54,299 bases of DNA. It comes from a virus (Duplodnaviria; Caudoviricetes). The notes under the pieces are model-generated. The model did not search any database, had not been told where the DNA came from, and was given only the letters and a program-made list of their open reading frames with translations. Where the stretch lies: positions 1-54,299 of IMG/VR virus record IMGVR_UViG_3300034101_001509, one strand, 5' to 3'. The stretch's first letter is position 1. Each line of letters opens with the position of its first letter. Position numbers and translations under genes: made by a program. Positions 17,761 through 27,647 of this stretch are shown in pieces.

Positions 17761-18404
17761 TATAGTTTCCTTAAGAAATCGGCAAACAATTTAACTGCTT
17801 GTTCTTCCAATTTTCTTTTTGGAATTTTCTTTAATTTCTTTTGATAATCTGAAATTTGCTTTTCAACTAAAATTCCATTATCCCAAATCCATTCTTTTCC
17901 TTCTAAAATACCATCGACAAAGGCATTAGGAGCAGAAGGATCAGCAACTATATCAATTGCTGCCAATGTGAAATCATCTTTTACATAATTTACACCATTG
18001 CGTTTTTCTAAACTTCCCATACCACGGGAAGAAACACCTAATTTTGCTCCAGCATCTATTAAATTTTTAACAATATTTCCCATCGGAGTATCAATAATTT
18101 TTGCTTCTCCAATAATTTGTTTTCCACTCTCATTGAGGTTTGTTATCATATGAGAAACACGATCTAGATTTACAGTTGGTCCTGATGGATGATTCAATTC
18201 TCCAAGAGCACGATTTTTATTTACATATTCGGAAATATATCTATTTGCTTCTTTTTTAAGAATTTTACCCTCGTATATACGACCATTGCGATTCTGGGTG
18301 TCACTTTCCATCATGACACCTTTAATTTTATAGGTTTTTGATCCAGTAGAATTTGATTCTACAAGAGCTTCTACGTCCTCTACTGTTTCTGTTATAAGTT
18401 TCAT
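17760..18404 (-). CDS. 21: Prohead protease gp21
   Basis: MKLITE, NRNGRIY, ALGELNHP, GVSSRGMGS, DIVADPSAP. Confidence 0.97.
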   Translation of the reverse strand: MKLITETVEDVEALVESNSTGSKTYKIKGVMMESDTQNRNGRIYEGKILKKEANRYISEYVNKNRALGELNHPSGPTVNLDRVSHMITNLNESGKQIIGEAKIIDTPMGNIVKNLIDAGAKLGVSSRGMGSLEKRNGVNYVKDDFTLAAIDIVADPSAPNAFVDGILEGKEWIWDNGILVEKQISDYQKKLKKIPKRKLEEQAVKLFADFLRKL

Positions 18405-18414
18405 ATGAAACCCT

Positions 18415-18870
18415 TTACTCTTTTTCTTCTTCTTCTTCTTCTTCCTCATTCATCATTTCTAAAAGATCATTTGCTAACTCGGTGATTTCTTCTTCGCTGA
18501 GTTCTTCACCCAGTTCTTCTTCTATTTCTTCAACTAATGAAGTGAGTTCTTCTTCAAATTGTTCAGCAATTTGTTCTAAATCTGTAGAATCTTCTACAGA
18601 TTCAATTTTTCTGCCTCTGCCTTTAGATCTTAAAACTTTTAAATCCTTAGAATCTATCTTTTCTTTATCTCCAGCAAGTTGTGCTATTCTTGCTTGATTT
18701 GGTGTTAGTTTTTTTTCAGATTCTTCATTAAAGACTGTTGGGGCAAAATTAACTAACTTCTCTTCAAGAGAATTACCAAGTTTTGATAAAAGTGATTCAT
18801 TAATTAATTTTTTTGCTGTAATTAAATCTTCACTGACTAATGCTTTAAAAATATCTTTTGAATTTGACAT
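18415..18870 (-). CDS. Acidic prohead core protein (gp67-like)
   Basis: Position between the portal gene and gene 21; very Glu-rich C-terminus. Confidence 0.6.
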   Translation of the reverse strand: MSNSKDIFKALVSEDLITAKKLINESLLSKLGNSLEEKLVNFAPTVFNEESEKKLTPNQARIAQLAGDKEKIDSKDLKVLRSKGRGRKIESVEDSTDLEQIAEQFEEELTSLVEEIEEELGEELSEEEITELANDLLEMMNEEEEEEEEKE

Positions 18871-18887
18871 ATTTTTCTCCTAATTTA

Positions 18888-18895
18888 TATTTATT
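18888..18895 (-). promoter_or_regulatory. Late promoter variant AATAAATA after the portal gene
   Basis: Upstream of the AGGAG RBS of the gp67-like gene. Confidence 0.5.
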
Positions 18896-20465
18896 ATTTT
18901 TGTTCTTCTTGATCTGCTAGTCCTAATTGTTGAAGTTGTAATTGCTGTTGTAATTGTTTTTGTCGATCTTGTTCAATTTCTTTATCCATTGTAGCAATTT
19001 CTTCATCAGTCTGTTTCAAAATATTTTTTCTAACGTATCTTGTAGAGAAAAATACACCGTTATATTGACCAACAGTATTTAACATATTTATTCTTTCAGC
19101 AAGTATTTCATTTTCTTTAAGATCATTAAAGTAGGAATCTTTGCTATAAGAAACTTTCATGTCCTGATATACTCTTGACCAATCTTCGGTTGTCATAATG
19201 CCTTTTAATAAACATTGCTTTTTAAGTATATCTAAAAACAATATTGAAAATTTATTTTGAAGTCTTTCTATAAACTTATAGAATTTAACTTCATCTCGGG
19301 TAATTTCGGAACTTCTTCCAAGATTAAATCCAGTTTGAACTTCCATTCTTGTTAGAGGAACATTCAGAGATCTATATAATTTTCTTAAAAGATATTCAAC
19401 ATCTTCCATCTGTCCAAGATTTTGACCACCCGCAAGAGTAGTAATTTCTGTTCCTTTGCCACCTTCTCGTCTTGGCAACCAATAATCTTCAAGCATAGAC
19501 ATATGGTTACGTTGATCTTTTATTTCACCAGTAGAAGCGTCATAAGTTAATTTATTTTTATAACGGTTCATTAAGTCTTTGATATACTGTTCTGCTTTTT
19601 GTTTTGGTAAATTACCAACATCAACATAAAATATTCTTCGCTCAGGTGCTCTAGAAATGCGATACACGACCATCGCGTCTTCTGTTTGACGGAGCATATT
19701 TAATGGACGAATTGCTTTGTGTAAATGACCAACTACGCGCTTGCTTGTTTGATCTAAAAATCCAGAATGGCAATATGAGATTGAATCTGGAGATATTTTA
19801 ACTCCAGTTTGAGGAGTACTTGCCATGACTCCACTTTGTTCAAAATCTGTATAAACATAATATTCTTCCACATTTTTGACAAGTGGAATTGAAGTATTAT
19901 TTACTCTTTTAACTTGTTTTTGTACTTTACGAATTTTCTTAATTTTTATTGGATCAATTGCTCTTAATTCCTGAATACCTTTTTCTGGTCTTTCAGTATC
20001 AATTATACATTGGTAAAAAATCTTACCATCAACATACCATCTTCTAAAAATATCATATCCTCTGTTTGAAAAATCTAAAAGTTTATTAACATTATTGAAT
20101 TCTTGCTGTACTTTTGATTTGATGTTATCGGACAAATCAACATTATCTAAAATTAATCTAGTTGCTGTGTTTTGTCCATCAAATACAATTGCTTGTGTAA
20201 CAATATCTTCAATTGCCATGTCAACTTCAGGATATAATGACATGCTTCGATATTGACGAACTAAGGAATTTTCATCTATAAACGATCCAGCAAAGTCATA
20301 AACTGACGACATAAATCCGCCAGTTTCAAGAACTTGTGCTCCATCATAGTTATCAGGAGCAGCAAAAGAAGCATTGGATGGACTGTCTCCCGACAGCCCA
20401 CCCAATGAATTTGGTGCTTCTGTTTTATTTCCAAATACAAAACCAAAAAGATCATTTAATATCAT
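18894..20465 (-). CDS. 20: Portal vertex protein gp20
   Basis: FRRWYVDG, YRISRAPERRIFYVDVGNLPK, EDYWLPRREGGKGTEITTL, RDEVKF. Confidence 0.98.
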   Translation of the reverse strand: MILNDLFGFVFGNKTEAPNSLGGLSGDSPSNASFAAPDNYDGAQVLETGGFMSSVYDFAGSFIDENSLVRQYRSMSLYPEVDMAIEDIVTQAIVFDGQNTATRLILDNVDLSDNIKSKVQQEFNNVNKLLDFSNRGYDIFRRWYVDGKIFYQCIIDTERPEKGIQELRAIDPIKIKKIRKVQKQVKRVNNTSIPLVKNVEEYYVYTDFEQSGVMASTPQTGVKISPDSISYCHSGFLDQTSKRVVGHLHKAIRPLNMLRQTEDAMVVYRISRAPERRIFYVDVGNLPKQKAEQYIKDLMNRYKNKLTYDASTGEIKDQRNHMSMLEDYWLPRREGGKGTEITTLAGGQNLGQMEDVEYLLRKLYRSLNVPLTRMEVQTGFNLGRSSEITRDEVKFYKFIERLQNKFSILFLDILKKQCLLKGIMTTEDWSRVYQDMKVSYSKDSYFNDLKENEILAERINMLNTVGQYNGVFFSTRYVRKNILKQTDEEIATMDKEIEQDRQKQLQQQLQLQQLGLADQEEQK

Positions 20466-20478
20466 ATGTTATCTCAAA

Positions 20479-21054
20479 TTATGGTACTTGTGGTGGACCT
20501 TGTACTGCGTCAACTGGTTCCCAGAAGTCGTAAGCAATTTGTACTGTAAATTCGCTAAAAGAATCTGCCATATCATAATTTAGTGTAACAGGTCCAAGGT
20601 CTACTGGAAAACAATTTTTTAATCTAATTGCTTTGGTAAAACTTGCTGGATCTTGAGTTGGAGTGATACTATTAGTTCCATTAGGTGTAATATCACTATA
20701 GTATACAGTCCAGTCTTGAGCTAAATTGTAATTGATCGCATGAGTATCACGACCGTCGAGAAGTTCCATCCACTCTTCAAAAGCAATTCTAAGATCTTTT
20801 GCTTTAGCATTTGATTCGTAAACGTTAATTGCCCAATCAGCATAAACACGCTCACCGGCAAACTTTACAACTCTTCCTTGCCAAGCAACGTTAATTGTTC
20901 CAATCGTTGCTCCGGGAAGATCTGCTGCTTTGACATAAATTCTAAGATCTTCTGGTGCTATTTGAGTTACATTTGTTGGAAATCCACCAATCACAAGGAA
21001 TCTATTTGGTCTTACACCAAAAAAGTTATTTCTAAAATCTGTTAATGTTGGCAT
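20479..21054 (-). CDS. 19: Tail tube protein gp19
   Basis: RPNRF, AADLPG, GRVVKFAGER...W, FEEWM, EFTVQIAYDFW. Confidence 0.93.
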   Translation of the reverse strand: MPTLTDFRNNFFGVRPNRFLVIGGFPTNVTQIAPEDLRIYVKAADLPGATIGTINVAWQGRVVKFAGERVYADWAINVYESNAKAKDLRIAFEEWMELLDGRDTHAINYNLAQDWTVYYSDITPNGTNSITPTQDPASFTKAIRLKNCFPVDLGPVTLNYDMADSFSEFTVQIAYDFWEPVDAVQGPPQVP

Positions 21055-21064
21055 TGTTACCTCT

Positions 21065-21076
21065 TATTTATTTATT
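21065..21076 (-). promoter_or_regulatory. Late promoter variant(s) AATAAATA for gene 19
   Basis: Overlapping AATAAATAAATA just upstream of the GAGG RBS. Confidence 0.5.
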
Positions 21077-22298
21077 AGAATGTAGATGAAAGATCCTTGT
21101 TTGTAAGGGTGATTGTGACGTAATTAATAGAAGTTGTTGGTTTAATTAAAATATCAGCAACAAAGTAATTTGCTTCAATAATTTCTGGTGTATTGTTTGA
21201 AGTATCACAGACTACACGATATGCTTGAATTCCTCTTTGACCAACTATACGATCTAAGAAACCTTCTGCTGCTAATTTAAATCGTGTTCTTGTTATAGCA
21301 TCATTTTGCTCAAAGAGTATTGAACGAGCAACTGGTGCTAGTGACTTCTTGATATACATGAAAAGTCTTGAAACATTAATTCTGGATAGAGTAGAAGTTT
21401 CAGTTTCACCTGTTTTGTCTCCAAACAGAATTGTTCCAGATCCAGGGAAAGTTACAACTGGATTTGCTCTATTTGTGTTATTATAAACAGTATCTTGTTC
21501 ATCTGGAGTTAAATTTCTCTTCAGTCTAAGAACATTAAGAATTCTACCACGTCTATCGCCAGCGGGTGAGAACCATGGGAAAGCATCTCTATCTGTTCTT
21601 ACTAAGCAACCAGCAACATCTGCTGCTAATGGTGTTTCAATTGTATAAAGTCCAGATGTGTCTAGGTGTAATTTTTCACCATATACACGAATATAATTAT
21701 AACTATTTGATCCGCTGGGGAATGTTAATCCAGCTGGTGCTGAAGTAGACGATGGAGTATATACTACTCCAATTACAGGTTGATCTCCAGTTGATCTAGA
21801 TTCTACTACGGTTGTTACATAATTACCATAAAGATTACCATCAGCACCAGAATTTCCACCTTGAAAGATAACATCAAATCCTAATTGTTTGAAGTCACTT
21901 GTTGGAGTCGTGCCGAATCCAACGAAGCAACCAGCACCATATTGAAGGAAGTTGTTTACAGGCCACCATTCGCCAGAAAATCCTGCTGAAATACCAGTTC
22001 CAGTATATGTTCCGTTCAAATATGAAGCAGCACAGGATCCAACACTATAAAATGTGTTTCCAGACGCATTTGCTATACCACCCTGTAATCCTACGATATA
22101 ATCAGTGAGTCTACCATACCAATCGGAAGCATTTGGTACAAAGAAATAACCTTGATCGCGTTCTGCGGTTGTTCCTGCTAATATCTTTAAAGCAACTGTT
22201 GGATTCCAAACAGCTCCAATTGTTGATGAAAAATCTTCAGTTATAGGAACAACTAACGATTCATCAATTATTTTAAATTTAACATTTGGTCTTGCCAT
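21075..22298 (-). CDS. 18: Contractile tail sheath protein gp18 (compact, 407 aa)
   Basis: PWFSPAG..RG, NPVVTFPG, FGDKT, RINVSRLF, FEQND..TR, VVCDTSNNTP, IKPTTSINY. Confidence 0.95.
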   Translation of the reverse strand: MARPNVKFKIIDESLVVPITEDFSSTIGAVWNPTVALKILAGTTAERDQGYFFVPNASDWYGRLTDYIVGLQGGIANASGNTFYSVGSCAASYLNGTYTGTGISAGFSGEWWPVNNFLQYGAGCFVGFGTTPTSDFKQLGFDVIFQGGNSGADGNLYGNYVTTVVESRSTGDQPVIGVVYTPSSTSAPAGLTFPSGSNSYNYIRVYGEKLHLDTSGLYTIETPLAADVAGCLVRTDRDAFPWFSPAGDRRGRILNVLRLKRNLTPDEQDTVYNNTNRANPVVTFPGSGTILFGDKTGETETSTLSRINVSRLFMYIKKSLAPVARSILFEQNDAITRTRFKLAAEGFLDRIVGQRGIQAYRVVCDTSNNTPEIIEANYFVADILIKPTTSINYVTITLTNKDLSSTF

Positions 22299-22359
22299 GT
22301 TTCTCTCCTTGAAAATAAATTTCTATGTATATGTATTTTTTTATAGATTTGAGAGAATG

Positions 22360-24099
22360 TTAGTTCCTTTTTAATTTTTTCAAATCATCCCAGGGAGAGG
22401 GAACGTTAATTTTATCAAAAATTAACCAATCATCCCCCGATTTTGACCAATTTTTGTCTTCTTTGATATCATCTTCGTCATATATGCCATCTGTATAATA
22501 ACCAAAAGGAAGCATTTGTTCTTCTATTTCATCGATATCTTTTTGATACATTGCCAAACGAACATCCATATCCGTTAAATTTTTAAAGTATTGTTGACGA
22601 GTTGCCCACGCAAAAAGAACAAGACACATCACAAGATCGTCATTATGCCCATCCTCTGCTTCAAAACTTTGTTTCTTTGATATAAAAGTTGTAAATTCTG
22701 ATATTACATCAACATCCTCTACAATTAATTTATCTTCTTCGATCATATTTTTAAGAACTTGACAACCAACCTTTTTTGTCAGAACTGAGGTTTTGACACC
22801 CATTTGAACCTTTTTGACGCTTCCAAACCCTTCAGTTATTATTTGACCTTTTCTTCCCATCATAGCAGTTTTAACAATATTTTCATATTCTAAATCTGTG
22901 TGTAAAATATTCGCTACTTCAAATCCTATACTGTTTATTTCAACCAAAACATAAGCATTATTATATTTTCTAGCAATTGTTTTTAATACAGAAGCAAACA
23001 ATAGAGGAGAAACAGTATTATTACGATATACTGCCACTACTCTATATGGAAATTTTGTAACGTCTATTACTGTTAATGCTGTGTAATCTTTACCCTGACC
23101 TTCCGCAACGTCAGCAGTTATGAAGTAAATATGATCATATGAATTTTCTTTATCTGGATCTTTTCTTATTGGTTCCTCATAGACCGACATTCCATCCTTA
23201 GTTCTCAATATTGGTTTGCTATAAACCAAAGTGTGTAGTTTATCAGCAGATATTAAAGTATTGGAACTACCCAAGAAGTCACATTCAAATTCTTGTTCGA
23301 ATTGCTTTTCGGAAGTTTTGGAAATCATTTCCTTCTTCCATTTTTCATCTCTTAAAGGACCACCTGGATATTTTGGAACTTGACTCCAGTGGACTTCAAA
23401 GGGAACATAACCATTCTGATTGTTAATTGCTCCCTTCCAATAATAGTAAAACATATTCAACCCATTTGGAGTTGAAATAATAAACATCTTTGTTGATTGA
23501 CCCGAAGTAATAGTTGGATATACTGAGGTAAAGAATTCTTCTGCTATCTGAGTTGGAATGTGAGCAAACTCGTCAAGCAGAATACAGTTGAAAGAACCAC
23601 CACGAATCGCAGATGATGATGTTGCTGCTGCTAGAATTCTAGATCCGTTTTCCAATACAATAGATCCTTTATTCCATTCTATAACACCCTGCTGTAACCA
23701 CTTTGGTAAATATTCGTATGCCATCTTAATTCTTCCTAGAATTTCAATAGCAGTTGATTGTTTGTTTGCCAATATAGCAACATTCATGTTCTGATTAAAG
23801 AGAACATAATGTAATAGGTAAGCACCTACAGTTGTAGTCTTTCCTACCTGACGAGGAAGTTTACCTATTACGAATCTATTATGATGTAACTTATCAATAA
23901 GATCTTTCTGAAAGTCATACATCTCAAACGGGACAAGACCTTTATCTACAGCAACAATCTTTACATACTTTTCCACAAAATAAACAGGATCATTCGCACA
24001 TTTAATGTATTCTTGAACTTGTTCTGGTGTAAATTGTTGTTGTACGCCTACGGGTTTTAAATTTGGATTACCAAGATAACCATCTTTTTTAGCTGTCAT
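22360..24099 (-). CDS. 17: Terminase large subunit gp17
   Basis: YLGNPNLK, PRQVGKTT, LDEFAH, STPNG, FEQEFEC, DVAEG, HNDDLVM. Confidence 0.98.
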   Translation of the reverse strand: MTAKKDGYLGNPNLKPVGVQQQFTPEQVQEYIKCANDPVYFVEKYVKIVAVDKGLVPFEMYDFQKDLIDKLHHNRFVIGKLPRQVGKTTTVGAYLLHYVLFNQNMNVAILANKQSTAIEILGRIKMAYEYLPKWLQQGVIEWNKGSIVLENGSRILAAATSSSAIRGGSFNCILLDEFAHIPTQIAEEFFTSVYPTITSGQSTKMFIISTPNGLNMFYYYWKGAINNQNGYVPFEVHWSQVPKYPGGPLRDEKWKKEMISKTSEKQFEQEFECDFLGSSNTLISADKLHTLVYSKPILRTKDGMSVYEEPIRKDPDKENSYDHIYFITADVAEGQGKDYTALTVIDVTKFPYRVVAVYRNNTVSPLLFASVLKTIARKYNNAYVLVEINSIGFEVANILHTDLEYENIVKTAMMGRKGQIITEGFGSVKKVQMGVKTSVLTKKVGCQVLKNMIEEDKLIVEDVDVISEFTTFISKKQSFEAEDGHNDDLVMCLVLFAWATRQQYFKNLTDMDVRLAMYQKDIDEIEEQMLPFGYYTDGIYDEDDIKEDKNWSKSGDDWLIFDKINVPSPWDDLKKLKRN

Positions 24100-24556
24100 T
24101 ATCTACATCTTCCGTTGGTATCGCTTTTAATTGACTACGAGATTGATTAATTAAATTTTGAAGATCTCTTGTAGATCCTACAAATATAGAATTATTTGTT
24201 GTATTCTTGACTACTTTATTAGTTCCCAAAGCATCTGCTGTAGTTTTATGAATATTCATTAAATCTGTATTCACTTCACTTATGGTTTTAATTAATATAG
24301 ACGCTACTTCATACGCGCGAGGAGAATCCCCTGCTTCAGCAACACGCATAATTCCATCAAGAGATTCAAATCCTTTATTAATCAATTCCTTCATATTTTT
24401 ACGAGCAGAATCAAAGTCTTGACGAACTTGATCTTTTCTTTTTATTTTTACTTCTTTTATAGGAAAAGTATCTTCTTTGGGTTTAACTAACTCGGTATTT
24501 TCTGCCAAGTCTAATATTTCTGTAAGTTTTTCTTCTGCTGTTTTCTTTTCAATCAT
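24089..24556 (-). CDS. 16: Terminase small subunit gp16
   Basis: DFDSARKN, SPRAYEVA, NNSIFVGSTRDLQ. AGGAG RBS before the ATG at 24556. Confidence 0.92.
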   Translation of the reverse strand: MIEKKTAEEKLTEILDLAENTELVKPKEDTFPIKEVKIKRKDQVRQDFDSARKNMKELINKGFESLDGIMRVAEAGDSPRAYEVASILIKTISEVNTDLMNIHKTTADALGTNKVVKNTTNNSIFVGSTRDLQNLINQSRSQLKAIPTEDVDNDS

Positions 24557-25305
24557 GGCCAATCTCCTACGACTGGAGTGGTAGAACCTGTAATGTAATC
24601 TCCAGTATATCCAATATCACCAACATAATAATCGACTGCGGTAGATCCTGGATCGGCAAAGAAATTGACATCTGTTCTTTCTATTAGTCCACCTGTTCCA
24701 CCACATATCTTTGGATAAATGTACGTCTTTGCCGTAAAATCAAAAGTACTAATAAGTGCTCTACGATTTTCAAAAGTTCCTTCATAATCCTCGTTTAAAG
24801 AAACATTGTTTAATACAAAAGGAATATCCACAGAATCATGAATATCATTCATTTTTATTGTCACTGTATAATCTGGAGCAAAAAATGGAACAATCTGTTC
24901 AATTATTTGTAACATATCGTCCATATTTCTAGTAAATGCGAATAGAGAAAAATTAATATTATATGGAACTTCTGCGTATACTTTTTTGAGAACTCCGTTT
25001 ACAACTTCTGCTCTTTGCGTTGTTCTATTCAATTTTCTTGCGGGATCATACATCAATGTTGATATTTCAAATCCAAGTTTTGGAAGAACAATTTGTACTC
25101 TACTATTTTTAGATAAACTGCTTTCTTGAGTAAGTCTCCATATAAATTTTTCTTTACTGCCATAACTTAAAGGTACTCTAATTTTTTCAATTTCAGTGCC
25201 ATCTTCTTCAAATCGTGTGACATATATTGATTCAAATAATGAACCAAATGCTATAACTATTTTTCTTATTGATTCATTATAAAAATATTGACTAACTGTA
25301 AACAT
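24553..25305 (-). CDS. 15: Tail sheath stabiliser / completion protein gp15
   Basis: YFYNESIRK..IAFGSLF, VPLSYG.KEKF, VPYN, QIIEQIVPFF, DYEG. Confidence 0.95.
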   Translation of the reverse strand: MFTVSQYFYNESIRKIVIAFGSLFESIYVTRFEEDGTEIEKIRVPLSYGSKEKFIWRLTQESSLSKNSRVQIVLPKLGFEISTLMYDPARKLNRTTQRAEVVNGVLKKVYAEVPYNINFSLFAFTRNMDDMLQIIEQIVPFFAPDYTVTIKMNDIHDSVDIPFVLNNVSLNEDYEGTFENRRALISTFDFTAKTYIYPKICGGTGGLIERTDVNFFADPGSTAVDYYVGDIGYTGDYITGSTTPVVGDWP

Positions 25306-26228
25306 TAAGAGCACTCCTCGGAAAATGGATTATCTCTACTAAAGTTTAGAGTATTATCAGCTTCCTCGGCATATATATCATTTTCAATTTCATCAACACC
25401 AGAAATAGGATCAATTGAAAGATTGACATTTGTTTCATCAACATCTAATAGATAATATTCTACTCCATTAATCTTATTTTTGACAGATTGTGTTCCAGAA
25501 GATCCTGCCACAAATTGTCCGCTTACACCTTTAATATAAGTTGTATTTCCTGTATATTCTATAACAGTTCCTTCAGCGGTAGCGTTTGCGTATACTGCTG
25601 TAGCACCAGTAACGCCATTTACTTGAAACACAACATCACCTCGTTTGAGTGTTGCCGAACCGGAAACGGGAGAACTAGAAAGAGTAAATGTATACATGTT
25701 GTATTTTCTCTTTTCCTCGACATCATCAATTTCAGTAACTCCGGTTTCAATTTTCTCAAATGAATATGTAAAGAGTTCACATGTTAATGTGTAAATGTTT
25801 AATGTTCCAAATTGGAAAAATGGAATTTTATCTTCAACATAATTTATTTCAAATATACTTTTATTAAATGGAAAATATATTAAATCACCTTCTCTTGGTG
25901 TTCTAATTGTAGAATCTTTTGAATATATTTCTTTTTCAAATCTTGTTTTTGATACCTGAAGTGTAACTCTATCTGTAATATTAATTCCAAATTTATTAAT
26001 GATATTCATTTGTCCACCAAAGGCTGTAACATTTTGAATATACATTTCTATGGTGTAAGCATTTTTAAATTGAGATATAGGATCTTCTCCAAAAATTAAA
26101 TCACGATTCAAATACTCACGTGGAATATAAATCATGTCTCTACCCATCGCCTTGATTGTTTCTACAGTCAAGTCGTCAAGTAAAGTTTGTTCTCCAACGT
26201 ATTCTTTGAAATATGGATTTGTTGCCAT
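25305..26228 (-). CDS. 14: Neck protein gp14
   Basis: MATNPYF, YIPRE, IEMY, KFG, PREGDLIYFP, FFQFG, CELF, NPF. Confidence 0.95.
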   Translation of the reverse strand: MATNPYFKEYVGEQTLLDDLTVETIKAMGRDMIYIPREYLNRDLIFGEDPISQFKNAYTIEMYIQNVTAFGGQMNIINKFGINITDRVTLQVSKTRFEKEIYSKDSTIRTPREGDLIYFPFNKSIFEINYVEDKIPFFQFGTLNIYTLTCELFTYSFEKIETGVTEIDDVEEKRKYNMYTFTLSSSPVSGSATLKRGDVVFQVNGVTGATAVYANATAEGTVIEYTGNTTYIKGVSGQFVAGSSGTQSVKNKINGVEYYLLDVDETNVNLSIDPISGVDEIENDIYAEEADNTLNFSRDNPFSEECS

Positions 26229-26231
26229 TTG

Positions 26232-27032
26232 TTATCCCATTATAAAATCTACTGGGAGTTCATGTGTTAAGTAGAATTCTTGTTCTATTGCTGCTATTTC
26301 TGCCATAGCATCCTGAAATATTTGTTGTCCCTTAAATGTAATTCCACCTGGAAGTTGTACACCGTCATACTTTAACATATTTGATCCCCATTGTCTTTTG
26401 ATCAAAGCAGTTAGATATTTTTTCAAAAGACGATCATTATAAATTTCTGTATATTTGTCAGGATCTAATATTGCGTATGATTCTATTACAACATATTGAT
26501 TTGCTGTTATGTCTCCAGCAAGAGCATCAAGATAAATTTTATTTGTTACTTTGCTAAATCTAATTGATTTTTCCGGACTAAAAAATTGTTCAAGTAAACT
26601 AATATACGACATAGTTACATGATAACCAGCAAGTGGAGTTGATTGACTTCCGTTTAATCCTCTATTGATTCCAAAGTAATCTGTTAATGCTAATTGATAA
26701 CGAATATCAAACATATTTACACCAGATAAAGTTCCAAATCTAAAAACTTTAACAACAGAAAGAATATCAGTTCCTGTTGGACCATTTGGATCACCGGAAG
26801 GTGTTTGTATATCTTCAATTTCAATAAATCCACGATCTATATCAGTTTGTGTCATCTGATATTTAAAATATACTTTTTGAACACCATCAAAATGTCTTTC
26901 TTGAAAAAATTGTAGTGCTTCGTCAAGACGATCTTCGCATTGTTGGTGATCTACGTTTATTTGAATAACAGGATGTCCCAATGTACGAAGACAATGTTCT
27001 ATTAGTGTTTGTCTTGAGTCTGGTACTGCCAT
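26232..27032 (-). CDS. 13: Neck protein gp13
   Basis: LRTLGHPVIQINV, ERHFDG, ALIKRQWG.N..KY.GVQLPGG, DFIMG. Confidence 0.96.
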   Translation of the reverse strand: MAVPDSRQTLIEHCLRTLGHPVIQINVDHQQCEDRLDEALQFFQERHFDGVQKVYFKYQMTQTDIDRGFIEIEDIQTPSGDPNGPTGTDILSVVKVFRFGTLSGVNMFDIRYQLALTDYFGINRGLNGSQSTPLAGYHVTMSYISLLEQFFSPEKSIRFSKVTNKIYLDALAGDITANQYVVIESYAILDPDKYTEIYNDRLLKKYLTALIKRQWGSNMLKYDGVQLPGGITFKGQQIFQDAMAEIAAIEQEFYLTHELPVDFIMG

Positions 27033-27068
27033 AGAAAAACTCTCCTTATTTTATTTATAAGGAGAGTT
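27033..27068 (-). promoter_or_regulatory. Hairpin sequestering the gene 13 RBS (terminator-like), with late promoter TATAAATA (27052-27059) at its apex
   Basis: AACTCTCCTTAT-AAATAAA-ATAAGGAGAGTT-TTTCT-ATG: a perfect 12-bp stem. Confidence 0.8.
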
Positions 27069-27075
27069 CTTTTAA

Positions 27076-27636
27076 TTATTTAGGTTCTTCTGCTGGTTTT
27101 TGTTGTATTGGTGGTTCGTGTGTTTTTACTGGAACCTTTTCAATTTCTTTATATGGTAATTGTTCAATATAATATCTTCTGGTAATTGGAGCATTCGCCT
27201 CATCTGGTTTAGATTTTTCGTAGTTTGAAAACCCTGGCATTTGAAGTGGACATGAGAGTCGAGGATAATCTAATTTGCTATATTCTTCATCCTGTGCTAA
27301 TAGCCATGTTCCTTTTCTATCGCCACATCCACAACCACCACAGAAGAATTTACCAGGAGTTGAACTTTGCTTTAAATATTCACATGGCGGCAAAACACCA
27401 CCCTGTTCTTTGTTTCCAAAGCAAGATACTACTCTAAGTTGTTTCATTGGAATTGTAACTTTTTCATTACCAAATCCACGGGAAGCAATTGCTGATGCGA
27501 AACTTTGCATCATAGTCAATTTTTCTTTGACTGCTCCCTCTTTTTTGATTTCTTCTTTTCTAAATTCAGGTTGAGTTGTTTGAGTTGTTTCTTCTGATTT
27601 ATTTTGATTATTTTTATTTTTACAATTACATCCCAT
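27076..27636 (-). CDS. Cys-rich hypothetical protein (C..C...CxxCGC...CP pattern, DUF6171-like)
   Basis: MGCNCK...SCFG...PPCEYL...FCGGCGCG...SCPL. GGAG RBS precedes the ATG at 27636. Confidence 0.6.
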   Translation of the reverse strand: MGCNCKNKNNQNKSEETTQTTQPEFRKEEIKKEGAVKEKLTMMQSFASAIASRGFGNEKVTIPMKQLRVVSCFGNKEQGGVLPPCEYLKQSSTPGKFFCGGCGCGDRKGTWLLAQDEEYSKLDYPRLSCPLQMPGFSNYEKSKPDEANAPITRRYYIEQLPYKEIEKVPVKTHEPPIQQKPAEEPK

Positions 27637-27647
27637 ATAGATCTCCA

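Noticed and set aside
18405-18449. Poly-Lys N-terminal extension on gp21
   Set aside because: It is an out-of-frame reading of the upstream poly-Glu tail; the conserved MKLITE start is at 18404.
22324-22331. TATACATA upstream of gene 18 as a late promoter
   Set aside because: The position is plausible, but it mismatches the core in an AT-rich gap, which is too weak to call.
7032-24099. Inteins, introns or homing endonucleases in core genes (46, 47, uvsW, 23, 20, 17)
   Set aside because: The genes have ordinary lengths and continuous motifs, and no LAGLIDADG, HNH, GIY-YIG or splice motifs were seen.
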